A DNA stretch of 64,000 nt from Trichosphaerium sp. ATCC 40318. Lineage: Eukaryota > Protista > Tubulinea. The notes below the pieces were generated by a model. That model did not search any database, had not been told where the DNA came from, and was given only the letters and a program-made list of their open reading frames with translations. Below, piece after piece: positions 28,768-40,430 of this stretch (position 1 is the stretch's first letter; every line of letters starts with the position of its first letter). Location: positions 682,001-746,000 of the forward strand of contig JALMLS010000612.1 in assembly GCA_038496445.1 (NCBI GenBank), written 5' to 3'. The translations under genes were made by a program, and so were the position numbers.

Positions 28768-28994
28768 AAAAGAAATGATTGTAGTTAGCTACCTTTTTGT
28801 GAGCCATAGGCTACTAGTATTCAATCAAGTAAAAATCTCAGATCCACCTGAGTTGTATAAAATTATTTACAGTTAGTTAACAGTACAGAATTTGTGGACT
28901 CTTCGAGTGTTTCTAGAAACGAAAAAAAACACAAGATTTTCTTATTAGCTTTTTATTACGATTACATTTTGGTCACTTCAGCTATGTTGTAACC

Positions 28995-31406
28995 TCATTT
29001 TTTTGATTTTTGACTTTTTACAATGAGTATCTGGAATTTATCTCGGTTTGTACCAGCGGTCCTTCTAACGACATGTATCCTAGAGCGTTGTTTAACAAAA
29101 AAAATTTCAAGTGACTTCAACACAAACCTATTAAGTGAAAGTTCTCGCTTAACTTTAGCACCAGAATATCCAGGATCAAAAACAAGAGGCATTATGACTC
29201 CTGTCTTTTTATGTCTCTCAACACCAACTATAGTCAACGAATGACCTTATATATGTTATTATTATACTACTTGTGAAGTAATAAATGAAAAACATACCAT
29301 CATACTGTAGATACAAAGGAGGTACAAACTTATTTTTTCTTGTACTTGAATAATAATCCCATATGAATTGTACTATTTGGTGACCAGCATGATTTGTCTT
29401 TGTTTGAGAAACACGTTGTTTAACACCATTCTCATCTTCGTACTCAAAAACTTTACCACGTATTGTTATAAAATCCCGTATCTCATACCTAAAAAAAGAA
29501 TGAGTTCAAAGCAAAAAAAAACCCCAAAATTTCACTTGCTAAAATTTGCACTGCCCCATTACGGTATAGAAGGATAAATACCATTTTTTTGTAGTTAAAT
29601 CGAGTGGTAATATGGATATCGAACAGAAACATAAAAATACCAGTGGGGTTTGAATACAGTGTCGGTTTTTTTTGTGAAAAATGGGACGTACTTTATACCG
29701 AAGTATTCAAGTATACTCCCAACTTCTGATGTACCAATGAGCTTCTTTGTATCTGAAACTTTATTGTTCATCAACTTGGCACCTTCACGATCAATTCCTG
29801 ACTTCCAAGCAGCCTCAAGATATTCTACAATTTAAGTCAATTTCTGCATTTTTCTTGTTGCATTGTGATATTACCCTGTAGTGACAGTATGCTAGGTATA
29901 TTAATTAGTATGTGTATTGTAAGATTTAAACTAAAATAACACAAAAACATGAAAAAAAATAGCTTACGAGGGTACAAACTTGCAACCACCAAAAATCTTT
30001 GACTATTTTTTGGGTTAGGTTTCAATAAAGGTTATAAAGTTGTCATGGTACCTTAAATTCTGATTGTTTTATTAAACATGAAGATAACCTTTCATTGAGT
30101 GAGTAATTCAATATCTTTGATAATTCGAAAAAAATCAAGAAAATAAACCGTACATTTGTAAGTTCCCTAAAAAACAAAATAAGAAAAAAAGAAGAAACAA
30201 ATTTCATGATACGTACTGTATCCACAACCCCATCCACCATCTCCATATGAAGTACCATAGAAATCTGATAAAAAAATTAACAAAATCTATCTAAAATAAA
30301 CGGTGTATGTACCTGCATGTGTACAAAAAATAACATCATACTTGAAATTTATTACACCATAATACCACTTCATTTTTTGTAAAATACCTTAATACCATGG
30401 TACACAATAAGCACAACATCAAGATATTATATACACAATGAGTATTGCATACCTGTTGTTTTACTTTCGTTATCAGGTTTCGATTTATGCTCTCCAGAAC
30501 GTATTGATTTAATCTTCTTTTTCATTGTTCTTTTATCTATAAACCCGCGTTCATAGAACCTTAGAATATTACGTTCATACTGTCCTGTATAACCTTCCTT
30601 ATCAGAAGCAAGCTATATAACAAACAGTTAAAACACTATAGGACTCAACAGAGAAGTAGAGTAAGAGTGGGCAGAGTATAGTACCTTACGCCAAGCTGCT
30701 TGTTCTTCTTTTTGATGCAATAAAACATGTTGTGAGAAGTCATCTTCCGAATGAAATTTTGAAGCACAACTAGGATAAGGACATTCTAGAGCTAATGTAA
30801 GGGTTGAGAGTACTTATAAGCGTTCAAAAAACAGCTTGTCAGATGATCTTAAAGAAAGATCTTTTTAGGTTCAAAATAAACTAAATAAAATGTGACGTAT
30901 TGTGTATCTATTACGCGTGTGATAGTAATGATTTGTGTAACGTTTGCGCAAACATAGCGTTTTAAAACGTTTTTTTCAAACAAAGTGTTATTCAGCTAAA
31001 AAGTAGTTTTATGTACCGTATACGCTTTGGTTAAATTGACCTTCGCCACTATTGCGTAAACCCTGCTGTTGTGGAACTAAAAACAATATGTTGGCCAGTC
31101 TTGAAGTTTTAACCCTCTACGCACGAGTTCCTCTGCGTGGCCTATCGTTCGGGGCAATGTATTCATTTTGCGGGACTTTCGGCCGTATTGGTGGTGTTGA
31201 ATCGTGTACTGTATTTCTACGCGGTAGTGGGTCTCCCACTCTGTAATTACACATCTTACATCGTGCAAGGCTTGAAGGATTTGCGTAAGTGCAGCTCAGG
31301 CATTCCCATGTGGCTGCGGGCACTGTAGAGTGAGAACGTTACATGTTCAGCTAAAAAACGTACCCGATTGTGGAGGCGGGACTAAAAACGGGTTTGTTGG
31401 TTCCAT
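28995..31406 (-). CDS. ZUP1: ZUP1/ZUFSP (Mug105-like, peptidase C78) deubiquitinase with N-terminal NZF and C2H2 zinc fingers; 3' end approximate
   Basis: WECLSCTYANPSSLARCKMC (NZF/RanBP2), CPYPSC...HVLLH (C2H2), catalytic DGGWGCGYR, EAAWKSGID, IGTSEV, PPLYLQYDGHSLTIVG, LVFDPG. Confidence 0.9.
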
Positions 31407-31614
31407 GGCTTTCGTATTGTAGTAATACTTAAAAATATAACACGGCGAACACGCAAGACCGACTTAACCTGCCACTATGTACGCCATACGACTCCCAGTC
31501 GCGTCGAGTCATTAAAAGCACCCAGAAGAAGCGTTGATTGCCTTCGATGGCTTAAAATAGTGAAATGACTAATTTGGACTTCAATTCAAACTTTTACCTA
31601 CAGTATCGCCATAA

Positions 31615-33981
31615 ATGCTTCTCAAAGCGCTACTAGTACTTACGTTTGTTACACACTTGGTGCTTTCACAAAACGCGGAACAATTTGGCATACCGATAGC
31701 GTCATCGCACGTACTGTTGTATTATCTATACTCTTACACTATGCTAGATACTTTGGAGGAAGTGGAGATGACTCTGTACGCTTGTTTTAAGCAATCTTCG
31801 GTTTACTCCTTTAGATAAACGCTGTGGAGTACCTACCAAGCGGAGATATAGTAATTGGCGGCTCAACAACGTGATACAGCGTAATTAATTACGACAAATT
31901 TGACACTTATTAATAGGAGTACAGATGGTCCTTTCACTGGTGCAAAGAGTATAGCAGGTATCACTGGTACAGGTGGTTTTCTGGCATCATTGAAATCAAA
32001 CGGACTAAGGTTGCTTTTTTTGATTTCTCCTTTTATATCTTCCTACTCATTACTATTAGCATTAACTGGGTTGCACTCACTCCTGAAGTATCAGACATTA
32101 AGTATACAGCGGTAAAAGACCGCATCATAGTTTCTGGTAGCGTACAAGTTTCTCCGTCTGTCCAATACGAACTTTTTTTTTTTTTCAGGAGACGACGTTG
32201 TATTTTCAGTAACAACAAACGGTCAAAGTAGTGACTGGAAAAACGAAGATGTTGGTACATGTGACGAGTGTACAATCGACTTTTTACAAAATGGTGATGT
32301 TGTCGTATTGAAAAACCGTAATTTTGAGGAATCAGGTTATTTTGTTCTCAGTGCTGAAGATGGCACTGAAGTTCTTTTTCAAAAGGTTGAGGTACGAGAA
32401 TTCATTATTGATTAGCTTGCAAATCTTTTTTGATTTCTTCTTTAGCGGTCACGTGTTAATGCACTTGCTGTTGATGAGAATAACTACATCCTCACTGGTG
32501 GCGATCAAAACACCAACACATGTTGTGAACCTTGGTGCGATAAATCTCGTGTTCCAGAACTTATCATATTACTTACAACTCGGCCAGGAGGAGTCCGTTT
32601 GTATACATTCAAAAGACCCCATCAGATCGCGACACAATCTGGAATATCAATCCAGCTATGGTCAATACAGGTGCTGATTTCGAAGGTTTCTTTTTTTTTG
32701 ATGATAAATTTAGAAAATCCAAATAGAAAACTACAATCAGACAGTTTTGTACATTCTCTACAAAGAGATCACACTGGTAACATGTGGATTACGGGTACTA
32801 TTTCTTTAGATTCCGTGCATTCCTCAAAACAGTTGCCCGTGATTATCTGCATTGTTGATAAATCTTAGGTGGTTCTGATGGTGGTAATACAATTTACACT
32901 AAGAACCCTTACGATATCGATGTTGACGGTACTGCCCTTAATGGCACTTGTTATTCCACTCCATGTTTTGGTTACCAAGGAGCCAAAAAGATATCTATGC
33001 TTGGTTCATTTAAAAGCGATTATTCTAACCTTGAATCTCAGGTACTGTAGTGGCTTTTTCTTCACATAACTCACTTATTTTTGAAAAATAGACATATTTC
33101 CTCACATATGTTGGAACTGGTGGTGAGTTAGTCGAGCCTTGCAAATGCTTAGGTGGTCCTGCAAATCGTACGCTTAACGAAATGACAAGGTTCATTTCAT
33201 TGACTCTTTGAATAGCAAATTCTGTTACAGTTGAAGGACTACACTTTCTCGGTACACCTAGTGAAGTAGAGTTTGTCGTTGCATTTGGTGTGTCCTTTAC
33301 AAGGCTTCCTGAAACTGCTAACCGCTGGTTCAACCCTGTAAAAGGCTCTCCAGTTGGATTTGTTTCAATCTTTGATAAAGAATTAAAAACACTTAAAATG
33401 TCCACATACATCAATGGCACTACAAGTACGGCATCTTTACTTCCTTCATAAAATCACTTGGCACTTCTAAACGGTTAAATAGTTGTAAGTGATGCCAGTG
33501 TGTCTATTGCACAAAACGCTGCTGTTTTTGTAGGATCAGCTGACGATCCTGCACGCCCTGATAGTGCAACACCATTACCAGAGGGTGTTGAATGTATTTC
33601 ATGCCTACAATCAGGTTTTGGAGGCGGTAAAACTGATGGTAATCAATTATAAATTAATTGATTTTAAAGTTGTTCTAACAAGTTGACTTTAGGACATTTT
33701 ATTATTGTGAACAGGTTCCCAGTGTCAAGCCAACCGCCATTTACACCTATGGTACCAACTACATTAGCCCCTACAACAGCCACCCCGACTGTCCCTACAG
33801 TACCTACAACATATCCGCCAACAACAAGCGCTCCTACGAATCCTCCTACAACAGCACCCCCTCCCACAGGTAAAGATCTCCTGTGTTTCTAGTCTAATTT
33901 TTGTTTGTAGCAAACGGTCAAAGCACTGGAGCAGTTGTAAAGGCGTCTCTATTATTTTTAGTAGCTTTGTTGTTAATGTAA
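31615..33981 (+). CDS. Secreted/GPI-anchored beta-propeller (SBBP-like) surface protein with Pro/Thr mucin-like stalk
   Basis: Signal peptide MLLKALLVLTFVTHLVLS; repeats YFGGSGDDSINAV..GDIVIGGSTTS, TYVGTG, GFGGGKTDG; PT-rich stalk (33720-33870); hydrophobic C-terminus ASLLFLVALLLM*. Confidence 0.75.
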
Positions 33982-34290
33982 TTAACGAACACAGCAGTCT
34001 GTCTAGGAATTTGTTTGAAACAATAAAGATGTTATTACCATTCAAATATCTTGTGCGCCAGGCCTGATAAAAACTCTTCCAGCAATTTTTCTGGGAGGTC
34101 TACTCAAACGAGTACAGCAGTTTCAAACTGTAAAAGTAGAAAAATCAAAAATAGTTGAGATTTCGGTAAAATTGAAAATTTACCTGTTTCTTTTGTAGTC
34201 AATTCCACTCCTGCCCAAAGTGAACCTCACAATTGTGAAAAAACTGTAAGGCAGTTCCTCGTACTTCATTTTCGTAGGTTCAGAAGAAAC

Positions 34291-34305
34291 GCGCGATTTT
34301 TTGAA
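34291..34305 (+). promoter_or_regulatory. Candidate CDE/CHR tandem element (GCGCG-N4-TTTGAA) 20 nt upstream of the FHA-chromodomain gene ATG
   Basis: Sequence GCGCGATTTTTTGAA has the 4-nt spacing known for DREAM/MuvB-bound CDE/CHR elements. Confidence 0.45.
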
Positions 34306-34325
34306 ACTCAAACACTACAAGGCGT

Positions 34326-37071
34326 ATGAGCATACATACTGACAATGCAAAATGGTCCTCAACGAGGTTTTTCCTCTAACGTGTACCGCAAACTAAACGG
34401 GCTTAGCCTTTCCACACGCAGGACGAAATCGCGGTCAAATGATCACCAAACGCCTAGTAATGGCTACAAATGGCGTTTAGTAATTATTCGCAGCAAGGGC
34501 CATGATGGGCAGCTCGTACCGTTTAAACGCGCCATTGTGCTTGGAAGGTACGTTATTGCTTGTGTTTACAAAACAAAACATAAATTCGATAAAATAGAAC
34601 AATAATACGCCTACTTGCTCACAATAACACCTAATAGCGGCTCCAAATGTAAAATAAAAATAAAAACGCCTAACGTGCAAAATCAACATGCACGCTTATT
34701 CATTGACTTGAGTAATAACGTACGGTACTTCAATAGCGATTCCTATTATAAAACAACCGTTAAAAGCGTCACAGCAATTTTTTCATTGGTTTCTCGTTTT
34801 TTTGCTTTTTTTTTGTATTTTACGAATCTCTCTAATACTCGCGAAGGTATGGTTAGAAAACATGACTAAAGACAAATCACTGGTGTCTGTTAATGGTGAA
34901 GATGTTCCTAGAACATACAAGCTTGTACCAGAAGATATTATAACGCTTGCCAAAACGAAAAAATTTCGTTTTGAGCTCCGTACGACTTGTTCATTTTGTT
35001 CGATACTACAGCAGCTAATGGGTTTCCATAGACGAAGAGAAGTCTCAGAGGAGGGTTTCAGGCGATAATCAATCATTAGACATGTCCGTCATGCAGAGTA
35101 TTATCGGCCAAAGTCTTGAAATCCAATCAGCACCTACATTTGCTACTCCTGCAACCTCTCCTCCCAAGACTCCCAGTGCTTCTTCTAAGATGCCTTGGGT
35201 TTTAACGAATTCTTTGAACTCTCCAACAACGCCTAAGATGCCTGATACTTGTCCCAAGACTCCCGATACTTGCCCGAAGACACCAGGCTCTCCTAGATTG
35301 CCTGAAGTACCATCTTCGGATGGTTTGCTTAGGTCACCGTCTGTATCTCCGCCTAGGGCTTTAAGAGAACCTAGTATGATCGCAGAACCAGGCGGTGTCG
35401 ACATACAGCCAGGGATAAAGAGGAAAGAAGGTGATGTACCTAATGAACAACAAAGAAGACAAAGAGTCAACGTACGAGAAATTACCTGTAGCTTTTTGTA
35501 TTTAATATCCTTACAGGATAACAATGGTGATGATGGCACTCTATCACTGAGTCTGGATTATCCTGGCCTGGCAGACGAGTCAACTGATGTACGCTTTATA
35601 TTTTGTGAAAAAGAGTTGTACATTAATGATCCTTTGTAGGGGGTTCAGGGTATTACAAGGAGCGAAACTCATACCTCTACTGAACCTCGTGGTATCAAAT
35701 ACAATGTCATGGAAACTGATGAGCGCTCAATTACAGTACCTGTAAGAGAGGATGTAATTAGCAATTCTACTAAGGATTCTTTAAAGCCTGAAACGACTTC
35801 TGAAGCACCAGCAGTAGTCAAAAAAAACGTGGACTCTAAAATGCCGTCTATTCAATCTGTTGAGTCAGAACCTTCTGAGGCGTTCTATGACCCTACGAGA
35901 GGTAGATTAGAACAAAAACCTTTACCAACAAAGCAAACTACTGAAGGAGATGAAGAAGACAACGACGCTGCAGAAGATGATGACGATGATTTTGAAATGC
36001 CTGATGTCAAGCCTAGTGTTAAAAAGGATAAGAGTAGAAAGAAACAGAAAAAGGGTAGTATTGATGAGAATGTTGATAATGATTATGATGACGAAGATGG
36101 TGATTTTGTTATGGGTGATGTTGAAGATGATGATTCAGTTGATTCTTCTGATGATGATAAGGATTCTCAAAAGTATGAAGTTGAGGAGATACTTAATAAG
36201 AAGAAGAAAAATGGAGTGGTTATGTATTTGATAAAATGGAAAGGTTATGATTCTGATGAAAACAAGTGGGAAGAAGAAGGTAATCTTGATTGTACGGAGC
36301 TTATAGAAAAGTATGAAAATACAGTTAGTAGGCGTTCAAGCGGTAGGGGTAGGAGTAAGAAAAAAGATAATAGTAGAAAGAGGAAACGTGTTGAAGGTAG
36401 TAAAGGAGGTAAAGAGAAAGTGAAGGTTGGGAATAAAATTAAGAAACAGAAGAAAGATGATCAAGATTCCGATTTTGTTGTGGATGATAAGGTTGTTGAT
36501 GATAATAATTCTGGTTATACGAGAGGCACTAAACATTCTAAGATGTCAAAGGTAGAAAAAACTACAGAGAAAAAGAAGAAGAGTAATGAGAGAGAAAAGA
36601 AAGAAAAGTCTGATACTAAAAGTGGGGAAAAAAAAAGCGATGTTGAAGACGTTGATTCTGGGTTGTGCGAGTTGCTCATTAATGCGTTGAAAGATTTGAA
36701 AGGTGGTGCTACTCGTAAGGATATTTTTAACAAAGTAGCTTCCACAAATGATGAAGAGCTATTACAATCTGTACGTCTTGACTTTTTTTGCGTTTTTTTT
36801 ATCTTTTATTTTTTGTTCGTATTATTGGTATACACTAATAGGTTCGAGCACTAGTGCTTGAAAACCTTTGTACTACTTAGCATGGATTGAGTAGAATCAT
36901 TTAGATATCTACGAAACTAAACAACTCTTGCACTTTTTTTGATTGAACATAAAAAAAAAAAGTTTCTTACCTTTTTTCTGTTAGATGGGTAATTGGCGCA
37001 TTGATGCATATCTTATTTTAGAAAATGAATCGCGTGTTAATAAAAAAGGGGATGTATATACGCTCACGTGA
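34326..37071 (+). CDS. Nuclear protein: Ki-67-type FHA domain, TP/SP-rich disordered region, acidic tract, chromodomain, basic tract, C-terminal winged-helix-like domain
   Basis: FHA: [48 protein letters not shown]...[30 protein letters not shown]. Chromodomain: [49 protein letters not shown]-terminus [25 protein letters not shown]...[26 protein letters not shown]. Confidence 0.85.
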
Positions 37072-37883
37072 CCCCTTTGTGTATTTCAAGAAAAAAAAAC
37101 CAAACTGTATACTAAAACAACAAACATTGGCGATTATAGACTTGATGATAATGTGTTGACTATTCCCTCTCTACCACATCTTACCAGAACATACTAGTTT
37201 TATACAGCAGTTTTTCAGACAGCGAAAAGCTTGACGAAGTGCACACATGGTCAAACAAATTTTACTACCTGTAATTTTTTTGGTTGCTACCTGTAATATG
37301 AAAAATCACGTGCAGCTACACTAGTCAAAAGATTTCGTTTTGGCATCGTCAACCTTTTAATCGCGCAATAATAGTTAGTGTAGCGCTATCTTATCTCTAG
37401 ATGACTGTTTAGTTTTGTTCAGCGTTGAAAAGAGTTCTACTCCGCGAGCAGATGTCGTAGACGCTATAAGGCATCAAGGACTGCTTGTAGTCATGAAGTA
37501 AGAAAAAAATATTTAGACACTAACCAAACGTCACTTCTAGGTAACAAAATCAAGAAAAAGACGTCAACAACGTACCTCACCACTATAACCAGCTAAAACA
37601 CTAGGAGAAGATGAAGAAATGACTTAAACTGTTTCTTGAATTACTGTTTTACTTCCGCAACAAGTCGTTTTTTACCAACGTGAAGATTATTTTATTCACA
37701 GCAATTTAAACATACCTCAAGTTTAAAATGTCAAACGTTCTAAACTATTTTTTCGAACAAAGCTTTTTTCAATAACACTACGTACCTGGGGCTAGTTGTT
37801 TGAGAATTCAGACGTTCGAAAAGAAAATTTTAAATGTGTACAATACTTAATCTGATTTTCATTTCAATCACTATACAACTAGT

Positions 37884-39428
37884 ATGACAACTCAAGACCA
37901 ACTCGCCGACATAGCAATTAGAAACTACAATTACAATGTGGTTGACTCGATACGGATGGACTACCCGTGTGACTACTACACCATACCACAAGAACGTGTA
38001 CCTGACAATAGTACGATACTTCATGATAACAGAATTTTTTTTTTACTTTGGTAGTGGATTTTGAAGAGTTATGTAACTTTGGTGCATACAGTGACGTTCC
38101 ATCGGGTCCAGATAAGGAATACAACAATGCAGTCCCAACGGTTAACGAGAAGTGCCAAGTTGGCTTGGAGAATCAGAAGAAGCGCAAAAGAAGCGTCACG
38201 TGCGCAACTGGGAACGCCAAAAAACGAAAACTTGGCGCCTGCAGAGTAGCAAAACAGCCACAACATATTGTCCCTCCTTATTTCACAGGTATTACAGCTA
38301 CTTTTTTTTTGTTTTGTACAAAGATTTTTTAAATACAACGCTTTTGGAGCTTTACCATCGATTTTTGAACAACTAGAGAAGCATTTTGTTCGAAAATTGT
38401 GTGATTTTACTTAAAACCTTTTTCGAACAAAGTTCCCGTTTTGTTCGAAAAAAACTAACCACATATTTGAATATTTCGATAACAAAAGGTTTTTACGTTC
38501 GCTCAATTTTTTTGATTTGAAACTTGTTTTTATCAAATTTTTCGAACAAAATGAACCTACTTTGTTCGAACACTTAGACAAATTAACTCTAACTTTTTTT
38601 TAGTAATGAGTATCCAACCAAATCCAGAGTTGTTGCCTCTATTTCACACTGACGAAAATCTATTTAAAATAAAAAAGACGCCTTTGAAGACACCTAAAAT
38701 TTTAGTACCCAAACAATCAACAAGTACGTCATCATTATCAGATAGTGCAAATATGGTGTTTACTACCTTAGAGTTTTTTCGAACAAACTTTTTTTTTAGG
38801 AGAAATGTTGAAGCTCCTCGGTAAATCCAATGGAAGTACTCTATATGCGCTAGCACTTGTAGTTGTACGTGTACATTTCCATCGATGGTCTAAACTGCAA
38901 GCCCTTGTACTGACTTTTGCGTAGTTTCTCGAACTTGGCGTAAGAAAAACAGCAACGGAGTATCGAGTATTGTACGTTTCATTTGAAGACTTTTTTTTTT
39001 CGCGCCTGACATTTTTTGTAGCGATCGTGACTTGTTCTTTCACTCAATATCGGAACTTAAGCCTTACAAAAAGCGAAAAGCTAGTGACATACAGAGCGTC
39101 CGTAAATCTTTAACAAGGTAAACTTTTTTCTTGAGAAAAAAAACAGATTCAAAGAGCGTTGGTTTCTATTCACGGCTGAGCAATGTTTTCTCACTTCGTT
39201 TTGTCTAGATGGGTAAAAATACCTGGCAAGGTATCCGATCTTTCATGGACCTTTGAAATACGTAACCAAGAAAAGTGGCAAGAAGCTTGTAGCTTTGTCC
39301 AACAGAGTTTGCAAAACGAGGGGATGGTGGAGTGCAAGTTCTTTGAGAAACAGCCTTTGAAGAGTCTACATTTGAACAGCAATGAGTTTATTGATACTTT
39401 AACAGAGTATATAAACCTAATTCGCTAG
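37884..39428 (+). CDS. Hypothetical nuclear protein with bipartite NLS and a possible divergent winged-helix (HSF/ETS-like) DNA-binding region
   Basis: Exons join in frame: MTTQDQLADIAIR...KKRKRS..AKKRKL...VMSIQPNPELLP...FLELGVRKTATEYRVFDRDLFFHSISELKPYKKRKASDIQSVRKSLTRWVKIPG. One internal junction (38760-38920) is not fully resolved. Fold assignment is inference. Confidence 0.6.
38361..38570. repeat. Three inverted-repeat hairpins sharing the arm TTCGAACAA(A)/(T)TTGTTCGAA inside a 315-nt intron
   Basis: 38361-38397 (12-bp stem, one G-T); 38419-38452 (13-bp perfect stem, 8-nt loop); 38541-38570 (10-bp perfect stem, 10-nt loop). Confidence 0.85.
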
Positions 39429-39609
39429 CTGAAGAAACCAGAACCATCTTTCTTTGTAATATATCCTTTGTATCTTTGTACAGCAGTACGACACTTGTAT
39501 AAAATAAATTGTGTTGTGAATTGTAACCGAAAGTATTTAAGTCAAAAAAAAAGCAAAACATGTTAATATCGCGCAAACGAAAGGTATTGGTTTATTCTAT
39601 TTGGGTTAG

Positions 39610-40430
39610 TTAATGAGCTTTTACATTTTTAAAGCCAGTTATCTGCTCATGCCCTATGCACTTTGTGACAACAACGTGCAAGTTGTTATCGTCGTCATAG
39701 TACTTTTCTTCAATAAGCTCTCCAATTTCGTTTTCAGGCAACTTCAAGTCTTCACGTGTTTCACGTTCAGCTTTCTTTATTGGCTCGTCATCATTTACGT
39801 CTAAACCAAGAGCTCTATACGCAAAAAAACAATGAGAAAAAGAACAGAAAGGAAAGAAGAAGAAAGGAAAACAAGGGTTTGTATACACGTACCTTCTTTG
39901 CATGTTTGACAATTCATGCGTTTGAATTTTTCCGTTACGCCAACTTTTACGAAGTTGACGAAGCTCCTTCTTGGTTAAATCTTCGCAAGTGTTCTTGACC
40001 AAGTCTACCATACCCTTATCCTTAGATACTACAATTGTATTATCGTCTTTCAACTCGTCCAACTAAGTAGAGCGTTATAAACGAAAGGGACAAAACGTTG
40101 GAAAAAAAAGAAGTTTGAAACGTACCCTCCAGTTTTCTCTTTTCACCTCTGGAGCATGAACGTGGTCATGAGCGCTAAGGAGAATTTCGTATTTTCTTCC
40201 AGTGAAGATATCCATACCAACTACACGGAACTTTGCGTGACCGTGCTTACCAGGGGTAGATTTTTTCTTGCTAACCACTTTACATGGGTTTTTATCTAAG
40301 TTACAATCAGAAGCTGTTTTTTTTTCATAAAAGGGTCCGTACCATCGTTCAATAAAATCACTCTGTTGATCTTTATTTCATTACCAGTAAGCTGTTCGTG
40401 GTTTGCTTCGAAGTCGTCGTGTGTGGCCAT
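39610..40430 (-). CDS. Divergent eIF5A paralog with ~55-aa insertion in the C-terminal OB domain
   Basis: MATHDDFE...NPCKVVSKKKSTPGKHGHAKFRVVGMDIFTGRKYE...APEVKR...[insert]...ETREDLKLPENEIGELIEEKY...VVVTKCIGHEQITGFK. Confidence 0.9.

Noticed and set aside
38361-38570. CRISPR array interpretation of the repeated palindromic arms
   Set aside because: Arms are inverted pairs with short variable loops and irregular spacing inside a eukaryotic intron; no cas genes.
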